A DNA stretch of 61,872 bases, the filler included. It is 10 parts of 10 records of this genome, joined end to end, with 100 filler letters (N's around TTAATTAATTAA, not from the genome) between each part and the next. Parts side by side here need not be neighbours in the genome. Positions count along the whole stretch, not along the records: positions 33,195 to 41,005 come from SRR7504441_4285; positions 41,106 to 44,886 come from SRR7504441_4288; 8 more parts are not named here. The stretch is one strand, 5' to 3'. This document shows, in pieces, positions 33,420 through 42,667 of the stretch. Within the stretch, counting starts at the first letter, position 1. The number at the start of each line of letters is the position of its first letter. The position numbers and the translations under genes were made by a program. The notes under the pieces are model-generated. The model ran no database searches and had not been told where the DNA came from. It saw only the letters and a program-made list of their open reading frames with translations.

Positions 33420-34947
33420 ATGGCCGACGACGAGGTCACGGTGGAGACGCTGGTCACAGTGCAGTACGCCAACCTGCTGGCGGGCGAGGACGTCACCCCA
33501 GCCATCCAGGCCGCGTTCGGGGTGGACGGCCTCGGGATCCTGGCGGTGGCCGGGGTGCCGGCGTTGGAGTCTCTCCGGCAGGCGCTGCTGCCGCTGGCCT
33601 ACCAGTTCGCCAAGCTGCCCGAGCCGGTCAAGCAGCTCTACGAGACTCCCTGGTGCCCGTCCAGCCGGCCACCCCGACCGTTGCTCGCAGGTGCTGGTAC
33701 GCGTTCGGGTGGTCGCACGGCAAGGAGAAGCTGGCCGGCAAGCCGGACATGTCCAAAGGGTCTTACTACAACAACCCGCAGTACAACCAGCCGTTTGAAG
33801 ACCCAGAGGTGATCCAGCAGTGGCCTTCGTTCGCGCACCCTAACATCTGGCCAACGGAGCACGTACCTGCCCTCGAACCGGCGTTCCTAGCCATGGGTCG
33901 CACTGTGGTGGATGTGGGCAAGGCGCGCGCTCGGGTGCCGGCTCGGGGCTGACTGCTGGGCAGCTGCTGGCCAAGCAGTGCGACGCGTTTGTCCAACAGC
34001 AGTGCGGCAGCTACCCGGCAGGAATGCTGCACGACCTGATCGCCCACACTAGGAATCACAAGGTGGCTAGCTAGCTTGCCAGCGACGGCTCACGGGGGGC
34101 TCCAGGCTAGGCTGCTGCACTACTTCCCAGTAGACGAGGCCCACCCGGAGCCCGAACCGCCGGCCGGCTCCGCGGCCATACCGATCGGCGCGCCCCCAGG
34201 TATGGCGGCGGAGCCAGCCGGCGGTTCGGGCTCCGGGTGGGCCTCTGCTAGCTCGCTGGGCTGCTCTCCTAATCTGTGTCGGCTGTTCGCCAACAGCCGC
34301 GACCGGGCGCACAGTCTCGGATCGCGAGAGTCGAGCTCATGGCAGGAGGCGTTCGCTGCCAGCTCGGCCAGCTCGGCCTGCCTGAGCCCTCGCCCCGGGG
34401 GGCCCGAGTCCTCTGCGGATGAATTCAGCAGCTGGTGCGGCTGGCACAACGATCACGGTGAGTTTTATTCATACTGTAGCGCCGACCGGGGGCAGGCTCG
34501 CTCACGGGACTCGTGCCAGCCATCTACACCGATGCGAACGGGGAGCAGATCGACTGCCCTGATCCAGCTGCAGGGCTATACATCCGGAGCCGGGCGGGTG
34601 TGACAGTCAAGGCCCGGCCGCCGCCCGGCTGCCTGCTGTTCCAGATAGGCGAGACTGCACAGATCCACAGCGGCGGGGTGCTTCAGGCCACTCCGCACGC
34701 AGTGCGTGGCGCGTCGGCGCCGGGCGTGTCACGACAGGCGTTTGCGGTGTTTATGGAGCCTCAGTGGGACGGTGAGCTGAAAGTGCCGGAGGGGATGCCG
34801 CCGGAGCTGGCCCAGAGCTCCGAGGCGGCCAGCACGCTGCCAGCTGGAGTGCCCAGCCTGGCGTCCCGTTGGGGCAGCCCGAACTGTCCATTCAGTAGCT
34901 GTAACTTTGGGGCATTCACGGAAGTCACACTGAATGCGTACCATTAA
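33420..34947 (+). CDS. 2-oxoglutarate/Fe(II)-dependent dioxygenase (IPNS/DIOX-like), 4-5 introns
   Basis: AFGVDGLGILAV, FGWSHGKEKL..KGSYYNNP, PNIWP, ARLLHYFP, WCGWHNDHGSLTGL (HxD), FQIGETAQIHSGGVLQATPHAV (distal His), SRQAFAVFMEP. Confidence 0.9.
34136..34245. repeat. Near-perfect inverted repeat (47-bp arms, 2 mismatches, 16-nt loop)
   Basis: 34136-34182 is the reverse complement of 34199-34245; both strands translate to EAHPEPEPPAGSAAIP. Confidence 0.95.
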
Positions 34948-35241
34948 TTTAAGCTTGCTGGCCAGCCCAAGCAACCGGCTGAGTGGCCGATTGCTACTGC
35001 GGTGGACTCAGGAAGCTCTCATAACTTGATGAAGGTGATGTACTTACTAGCACTCGTATTACGAGTATGTACTCGTACACTCACCATTTGAAGTAATTAT
35101 TGCTTACAAAGCTTTACTCGTACATGTAATAATTGTGTACGGTCCCAAAGAATTAATATACACGTGGTTCCGGAATCGCAATTGGCCTTGGACACCCAGA
35201 TCCCACCGCGGTCTTGAAATAGTCTTGAAAGGTTGCGCACA

Positions 35242-36194
35242 TCACGTGCCTATGGTGCAGAGCATTAGTGTGTAGATGGCACTCTGAGCCTTGAATACAT
35301 TCGCAAACCGGATAGTGGTCGGGCGCTCCCCGCGCTGCAGCTCGGTCAGAACCTCGTCAAACGGCCTCGAGGTGACGTCCTGGCCATCTAGCTCCACCAG
35401 CACCACTCCGGCCGCAATCTCCTCGGGCAGCCCGGGCTCGAGCCTCGCTCTGACCAGCGCCCCTCGCTCCACGCCGTCCACCACGCCCATAGGGGCAAGC
35501 CGCAGCCCGAGAGGGCCACTCTCGGCCCAAGTGTGCTCGCAGTACTGAACAAGATCGACACTTTTCCCCAAAGACTGTCCTCACCAGTCAGAACCGCTCC
35601 ACTCAGCAGCCAGGCACCTCCTGCAGCTGGTCGGCGTGTGACAGCAGGAAGGCGGAGACGTTCTCGCCGCCGTAGAAGTTGTCCATCCCCATGGCCGCCA
35701 GCAACGGGTCTGCCAGGCACGGGGTCTTGCCCCCGGTGATCAGCTTGACAAAATAACTGGCGAACGGCAACGGCGTGGCCTACGGCAGATCAGTCCGACC
35801 CCAGCGGCTAGGCACCATGCCCATCACCATCCACGAGCGCATCTCGCTCTCAGTAAACCGGTGTTGCCAGTACTTGCGGACTATTTCCTCCACCACCGCC
35901 TCCTCCGGCAGGGCAAACCTGATTGTGAGCGGACGCTCAGCGCATTTGATCGTGTACACGATGTCATCGAAGCCTTTGCCGGCGATGCTCTCACCATTGA
36001 CCTCGAGAACCTTCATCCCGGGAACCAGCCGATCGGCAACTTCATCGTCGCTGATCTGCCCCCGCCGTCACATCAACCACCGCCCCAAGTGCCTTGTCGA
36101 TGGCGGCAGTGCCTCCGGTCCAGTCCTGGGCCAGAAGGGTTAATCCCAGCGGTCCAGGCGACTCCCAGGTGTAGTCGCAGAACTCGTCGGCCAT
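35242..36194 (-). CDS. Protein with two PDZ-like domains, at least 3 introns (3' end uncertain)
   Basis: TWESPGPLGLTL..GMKVLEVNGESIAGKGFDDIVYTIKCAERPLTIRF and TWAESGPLGLRL..VELDGQDVTSRPFDEVLTELQRGERPTTIRF; the first intron 36056-36092 is GC-AG. Confidence 0.78.
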
Positions 36195-36589
36195 CCCGTC
36201 CCCGTTGACATCCCGGCCACAGCTAGGCAACTGGGGAGGAGCCATTGGCCGGAGCAACAGGCAGATAGATATGTGGCTGTCCTACTTCTTGACTGCCTCT
36301 CGCGACTTTGGGTCCCATATTTTTTTTGTTCAGACGCAGGTTCAGAGCCTCGTTTGATGAGTGAAAAAGATAATGAATGCTTTTCAAAAGGGACTAGAAA
36401 ACTTAGATCCCCTGCCGTTCTACGCAGACCGTCGCACGCGAGAGTCGAATGAGCTAGCTCATACTCATAAGCTTACATTGCGGGCAACAAAATAAATATC
36501 GAAAATTAAATGCAGGTCACAATTGGGACAGATGTAAGTGAGGATTAATTAGAGTCGGCCGGCGGTTTTACATCTGATGTGGACACCCT

Positions 36590-37595
36590 TCAGCTCTGAT
36601 TCTCCTCAAGCCAACTGGCAAGCTCGGGTTCCAGCTTGTACACTTTGGCGCGTCGCATCGCGGCATCGATGTCACCCAAGGCAGCCGCAAGCCCGTCACA
36701 GCTGCCCGGGTCCTGCCGGCCCGAGTCGGCAAGCGCTCAGCCCGTGGCCACCTTGCGCATGGCGCTCAGCAACGCACGGAACCCTATTAGCTCTAAGCTG
36801 CAGCGGCTACTCTCGGCCCTGCCACATGGCACTCGGACCCGCAGCCAGCGCGCAGTTCCACCTGCGAAAGACAGCCAGTGCCTGGGCGGCGTCGCCGGTC
36901 TTGTTGCACGCCACCAGCATGGCGGTGAACGTGCTGCTGTTAGGCCTGAGGCCGAGCCCGTCCGAGCTATCCAGATGCAGCCGCGCAACATCCAGGCCCT
37001 GCCGCCGGTCTGAGCCGGCGGTCAGGTGGGAGGGGACTCGCCTGACTCGGCTGGCCGCATCGGTTGAACGCTGTGAGTAGCGAATTGAGCAAATACGTGT
37101 TGGGCCGGTCCACGCTGCGGGAGCCACTCGGCCCACCACCCGGCCGGAAGGCACCTCTTGGCCAGAGCCAGATCAAACACCTCGCGGGCGCTCTCGAGCC
37201 GCTTGGTCTTGCCCAGTCCGACGATCTGTCGGTTGGCTGGCTCGAGGCTCAGGCGGGGGGGGGCTCGCCATGTCGGAGGCTATATCAATATTCCACGGCA
37301 GCTCGGCCTCCTTCCAGGCCTTGAGCACCTGGCTCCAGTCCATGTGCCCCCGCTCCGCCTCCAACAACTGGCCACCCGACGCGATCAGCCGCGCACCGCA
37401 CCAGGTACGCACCTCGGCCTCGGTCGGCTCGCGGAGCGGCATACCGTCCGGCGTCTCGACCGCGGTGCGGGCGGGCTCGGCGGCGGTGCACAGGGTGCGG
37501 GGGGTGCTCAGCCAGCGGGTTGCGGCCGAGCGGACCGCGGGACAGCGCCAGCACCCGCGCGCCGCCCGGTGCAGCCCGATGGCCCAGCCTGCCAT
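36590..37595 (-). CDS. Pentatricopeptide-repeat (PPR) protein with a predicted mitochondrial presequence, 5 introns
   Basis: Arg-rich, acid-free N-terminus MAGWAIGLHRAARGCWR..RWLST; PPR-like RPNTYLLNSLLTAFNRCGQ and GLRPNSSTFTAMLVACNKTGDAAQALAVF; two GC-AG introns (37226-37268, 36999-37041). Confidence 0.75.
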
Positions 37596-37672
37596 GAGTC
37601 TTCCTTCGTCGTTTGCGGGCCGATTCCAACGGACATCATGGCGATGATGTGGTGAGCAGGGAGTCGGCGCAG

Positions 37673-38186
37673 ATGACCAGCCTGAGCGACTGGTGGCGGC
37701 GGGACGAGGACGACGACTATCAAAAGGTGAGCCCCGGCCCGGCCCAAGCGATCGGCCGGAAGAAGGTCCGAGATGAAGAGAACAGCCCACTGGCCGGGCG
37801 GACCGCCGCCCCGGAGAGGGCCAGCGGGAGCCAGATCGCCCAGATTAACGCCACGCTCGAGAGCACCAAGCAGACTATGCGAGACAACATCTCGATGGTC
37901 CCCCGCCCGGCCCGGGCCTCGCTCACGCTTCGCAGGAGCTGGACCGATCCAATAAAGTGAATGACATAGACCAGGCAACTCGGCTCACGGGTCCGGGCCG
38001 AACCAGCGGCAGGTGTCGGAGGACCTGGTGGACAGCTCGAACAGCTTCAAGCGGGGGGCGACCGAGCTCAAGCGGATCGAGTACTGGCGCCGGATCAAAT
38101 GCTACATCTGCGTGGCGGTGCTGCTGCTCATCACTGTGCTAGTGATTGTCCTGTACTTTTGCGGGTTCGACTTCTCGCAGTGCTGA
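37673..38186 (+). CDS. R-SNARE (synaptobrevin/VAMP family) without a longin domain, 3 introns
   Basis: Spliced: QIAQINATLESTKQTMRDNISMELDRSNKVNDIDQVSEDLVDSSNSFKRGATELKRIEYWRRIK + transmembrane helix + CGFDFSQC stop; zero-layer Arg present. Confidence 0.85.
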
Positions 38187-38324
38187 CCGGCCGGGCGCCG
38201 GGATGGCCAGTCTAGCCCGGTCTAGTTCGGCGCAAGCCTGGCAGCATCGATTCCATGATAAGTGACTCCGTTTGCCGTTGGTTCGCACACATTGTACGGG
38301 TGCATGCAAATAAATCGTTTATAG

Positions 38325-39093
38325 TTACAGAGAAGCTTCTAACAACGGCCGGTCTATAACGCGCGCCACAAAGCCGCCCTCGCGCTCCTCGAGCCAGAAA
38401 CTCCGCAGCTCGCAGTTGTCAAACGGCGTCTTCAGCTCTTTATCGGCTCGCATGCGCTGGTTCTTGTCAGAGAAGAGTCCGAGCTGCAAGAAGGATTGAT
38501 GGCTCACCACTAGGATGCACTGCTCCGGCCGTCCAAGCAGCCACTCCGCTGCCCGATTCGCCCGGTCGATGAGCGCCTGGCGCTTCTCATAGTGGGGCGT
38601 CCACAACCCATCCAGCTCGCTGATCCCCCCGAACCGCACCCGGCCGAACTCGGTGCTGAGCTCGCGCACCGGCCGGCGGGCCTCGCACGGGAGCCGCCCG
38701 CTCCGCTCTCGCAGCTGCTCTACCGCCAAGATCGGAGCGGGGCCCCGGTACACCTGCAGCCGATCAGCGCCGCCCTGCTGCCGCGCACCGCGAGAGCTGT
38801 TTCAAGCGTGCGGGAGAGCGGAGAGACTGCCACCATCTGGACCCGGCCCAACCGGCCCTCCAGCCGCCCCCCGAGCTCGCTGGCCTGCCGCCGGCCGAGC
38901 GGGGTGAGCCGGGCGTCGCGGAGCTCCGGTCGATCCATCGCCGCGAGCATCGGCTCCCCGAACGGGACCCCTGCTGAGAGCTGCCGCTCCATCCACTGGT
39001 TGTGCCTGGCACCAGCCTCAGGCTGCGGTCCGCCGCCGGCACCCACTCGGCGTGCCCGTGCCGGACGCAGTGAATCAGCTTGCGGCTCGACAT
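38325..39093 (-). CDS. Histidine phosphatase / phosphoglycerate mutase-like protein, 2 introns
   Basis: IHCVRHGHAEHN, DARLTPLGRRQA, VSPLSRTLETA, LRE, ILVVSHQSFL, FDNCELRS. Confidence 0.9.
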
Positions 39094-39177
39094 GGTGGTG
39101 CCCGACTCCCCCCAGGGTCTGATGTCCGTTACTGAATTTGCGGACTTGGCAGGACCGGTGGAGGACCGGCGCGCGCG

Positions 39178-40792
39178 ATGGGCTTCACAGGGATCATCGA
39201 AGAGAAGGGCGAGGTGCTCAGCCTCGAGCATCGGGAGGACCTGCGGCTCTGGGACGGGAGCACCGGTGCCGGGGTGTGCATGTCGGTCAAGTGCGCCGTG
39301 GCGCTGGGCGACGCGTACGACGGCGCCAGCATCGCGGTCAACGGCACTTGCCTGACCGTCACCTCCTTCCAGCTCGATACGGCCGCCCCGGGCTGCACTG
39401 CCGGCGTGTTCTCTGTGAACATCTCCCCAGAGACTCTGCGCTGCACCAACCTCGCCCAGGCGCGCGGCCCATCCCGCCGGCCGAACCAGCCGGCAGATGG
39501 GCCCGGGCTCATTGGTCAACCTGGAGCGGGCGGCTAAGGCCGACGCCAGAGTGAGCGGGCACAACGTGCAGGGGCACGTGGACGAGACTGGCACCGTGCT
39601 CTCGTCCCATCGCGAGGGCGAGTCGCTCTGGGTGCGCCGGGCAGGGCTGCGGGTCGGAGCGGTCGCAGGTAACGATTGGGGCTAGCGCGCAAGTGCTCAA
39701 GTATGTGGTGCCCAAGGGATACATCGCGGTGGACGGCACCAGCCTGACTGTGTGCAAGGTGGCCAGTCTGAACCGCAGGCGCTCAGAGGGCGCAGGTGCA
39801 CAGGGAGGCTGGCTGGTTCAATCTGATGCTGATCCCTCACACCCAGAGCATCATCACGCTCCCGCACCGCAAGGTCGGCGAGCTGGTCAACCTCGAAGTC
39901 GATGTGCTCGCAAAATACGCCGAGGCTGCCGCGACAGCGCCCGCACCGGGCCAGGCGGCGGCAGCAACAGCGCCCGGCCAGGCGGCGCCCGTGGTCGAGG
40001 ACAAATCAGGAGAGATTAAGGCGATCAAGAAGCAGCTCGCCACCAAGCACGGGGCTGGGCTCAAGGTGCCGCTCCCAGACCCGGCCGAGGCCCGTCAGCT
40101 CAAAGTGGCGATTGTGCACACGTGCTGGCATGAGGAGCTGGTGATGCTGATGGTGGACAAGTGCGCTGGCAAGCTGGTCGAACGCGGAGTTCTGGCGCAC
40201 AATATCAGCACGGTGGCGCCAGGGCCAGTGATCGGCCTAGCGGGGGGCGGCAGGCAGTGTGCCCTGGGAGCTATGAGCTGCCTTTTGTGGCAAAGCGGGT
40301 CGTGGAGGAATCGGTACCTCTCAGGCGCAGTGTGGGCTCACCATGGTGGCAGGACGTAGACGTTGTTGTGTGCATAGGGATTCTGCTCAAAGGCGGCACC
40401 ATCCACATGGAGGTGATCGCCAATGCCGTTACCAACCAGCTCATGGACCTGCAAATGACCTCCGGTCGACCGCCAAGCTCCGGCTGCCTGACAGTACGGG
40501 GGCAGGCGTGCCGATGGTCTTCGGGGTACTCACCGTCCTAGCGATCGAGCAGGCCACAGAGCGGGCCGAGAGCGAGCTCCCAGCCAGTTGGGCCGACTCT
40601 GCGCTAACCATGGCGCTGCACAAGCGGCGTCCTCGTCTTATCCCGTATGCGGTTGCGGAGAGTGACAGGCCGAGCAGCCAAGGCAGGGGCTACCCACCCA
40701 ACTACCCGCCTGTCGGCTTCGCGCCTCGACCGGGCATGTCCAACTACCCGCCTGTCGGCTTCACGCCCGTCGGTCGGTATTCGTTGTACTAG
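39178..40792 (+). CDS. ribE-ribH: Riboflavin synthase (alpha chain) fused to 6,7-dimethyl-8-ribityllumazine synthase, 6-7 introns
   Basis: MGFTGIIEE, GASIAVNGTCLTV, ETLRCTNL, VNLERA, SGHNVQGHVD, KGYIAVDGTSLTV, LIPHT, VNLEVDVLAKY; then in the same exon a linker and LKVAIVHTCWHEELV, followed by PGSYELPF, VCIGILLKGGTIHME, VPMVFGVLTV..EQATERA. Confidence 0.9.
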
Positions 40793-41005
40793 GTTAGGTC
40801 CCACGCCGTATGCCACAATCATGATCCTCGAGCAGCTGATTTTAATAATTATCATCCGACATCAGGAGGAGGAGCTTGGTAATCTGGAATATGTCTAGAC
40901 ATCGTGTAAAATGCACTGATATTTAATTTCAAACGCACAACCGGTGTCAGCGGCACGCGGCTGCCTGTGCGTGCGGCAACTCGATGAAGCCAAACGTGAG
41001 CGCGG

Positions 41006-41105
41006 NNNNNNNNNNNNNNNNNNNNNNNNNNNNNNNNNNNNNNNNNNNNTTAATTAATTAANNNNNNNNNNNNNNNNNNNNNNNNNNNNNNNNNNNNNNN
41101 NNNNN
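41006..41105. other. Artificial contig linker
   Basis: N44-TTAATTAATTAA-N44. Confidence 0.98.
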
Positions 41106-41111
41106 CCAGCC

Positions 41112-42437
41112 ATGAGCTCCGAGTTCCGCGTGCTGGTGACGCTGCCCTCCTGGGACACGGTGCGGGTCAAGGTGGATGAGACCACCACCGCCCAGCAGCT
41201 GGCCTCGATCATAGCGTCCAAAGGCCGGCTCGAGCCCGGCTGCTGCTTCACCCTCTCCGGCCTGCCGCTTGAGGGCGACCGTCCGCTGGCTGAGTACGGG
41301 GTGTGCGAGGGGATGGAGCTCGAGACCGAGGTGCTCAAGAAGAAGAACGCGAGTGACTTGGCCGGCTCGGGCAAGGCTGGGCGGCCGGGCGAGTCCCGAC
41401 TGGACAACCTGATCAACGCGTGCAAGGACGGCAACCTGGAGGCCATCCCGGGGCTGGTGGAGCGGCTGCCGGGGGAGGCCCCGATCATCGACCAAGTCTG
41501 CCCGTTCACCTCGCTCACCGCGCTTGGGGCGGCGGCGGCCTCGGGACAGGAGGAGGTGGTCAAGCTGCTGATCGAGCATAAGGCAGCCGTGAACAAGGTC
41601 GCAAAGAACATGTACCCCCCGCTGCACGGGGCGGCGGCCCGGGGGCACCAGAGCATCGCCAGCCTGCTGCTCCGAGCCAAAGCCGACGTGAATGGCAAGG
41701 AGGACGTGCTCGGCCAGAACCCGCTCCACGCCGCAATTGACAGAAAGCAGCAGGACATGATCCCATTCCTGGTGCAGCAGAAGGCCGACGTCAACCTGCC
41801 CAACACGGCCCTGGTCTCACCTTTGGCCAGTGCCTGTGCCAAGGGGTGTGCCGAGAGCGTACGGTTCCTTCTGGACCACGGGGCGCGGATGAATACGGAA
41901 TCGAGAGACGGGATCTCCCCACTGGGCAGCGCATGCAACAAGGAGCAGCACGACATCGCACAGCTGCTGCTGGCCAATAAGGCGCAGGTGGATGCACAGG
42001 CCTTCTACGCCGTGTTGAATACCGAGAATGAACAGATCGAAGCGCTGCTGGCAGGGCATGGGGCACACCCCGGGGTTACAAACCTGGACAAGAAGACAGC
42101 GCTGCACATTGCGGCGGCCGACGGAAGCACCGAGATTATGGCTTATCTGGTTGATATGAACGGCGACGTGAACCTGGCAGACAAGAGCGGGTTCACGCCA
42201 CTAATGAGCGCGGCCCAGGGCGGACACAAGGGGTCGACGCGCCAGCTGCTGCAGATGGGTGCCAACGTACACGCACAGGACAAGCTCGGGAACTCGGCGT
42301 TACACTACGTGCACCCAGACAAGCCGAAGGTGTACAATATTCTAGTGGAAGTGGGCGGGGCAGATAGGGACATGCCCAACAACAAGGGCGAGAAGGCCAA
42401 GGATCCTGCTGCCACTGAGAAATGTACAATCCAGTAG
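41112..42437 (+). CDS. Ankyrin-repeat protein with an N-terminal ubiquitin-like domain and a C-terminal CaaX box
   Basis: FRVLVTLPSWDTVRVKVDETTT..PLEGDRPLAEYGV (UBL-like); about 9 ANK repeats (PPLHGAA, NPLHAAI, TALHIAA, GFTPLMSAA); ends CTIQ. Confidence 0.9.
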   Translation: MSSEFRVLVTLPSWDTVRVKVDETTTAQQLASIIASKGRLEPGCCFTLSGLPLEGDRPLAEYGVCEGMELETEVLKKKNASDLAGSGKAGRPGESRLDNLINACKDGNLEAIPGLVERLPGEAPIIDQVCPFTSLTALGAAAASGQEEVVKLLIEHKAAVNKVAKNMYPPLHGAAARGHQSIASLLLRAKADVNGKEDVLGQNPLHAAIDRKQQDMIPFLVQQKADVNLPNTALVSPLASACAKGCAESVRFLLDHGARMNTESRDGISPLGSACNKEQHDIAQLLLANKAQVDAQAFYAVLNTENEQIEALLAGHGAHPGVTNLDKKTALHIAAADGSTEIMAYLVDMNGDVNLADKSGFTPLMSAAQGGHKGSTRQLLQMGANVHAQDKLGNSALHYVHPDKPKVYNILVEVGGADRDMPNNKGEKAKDPAATEKCTIQ

Positions 42438-42667
42438 CTTGAACAAATGTAGGGTTGGCGGCGGTCGTCGAGTCTAGTCTAGTTGTTCGGGGTAGATTAT
42501 TCTTATAAAAACGATAAGGCTCCTTATAAGGCAGATAGGAAAGATATGAGGCGGTACATGTATAGAATTCATAATATCTTTGTGTTATCTTTGTGTAATC
42601 TTTGTGTCGCTCATGACATGAATGTACTTGACCTACAGTGTACATGTAACTAACCAAATGTCGCTTG

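Noticed and set aside
38325-39093. Histidine phosphatase as the missing riboflavin-pathway phosphatase because it is divergent from the rib fusion
   Set aside because: Tight head-to-head pairing of unrelated genes is the norm in this genome, and the characterised pathway phosphatases I know of are mostly HAD-family. Adjacency alone is not evidence, though conserved synteny in relatives would reopen the question.
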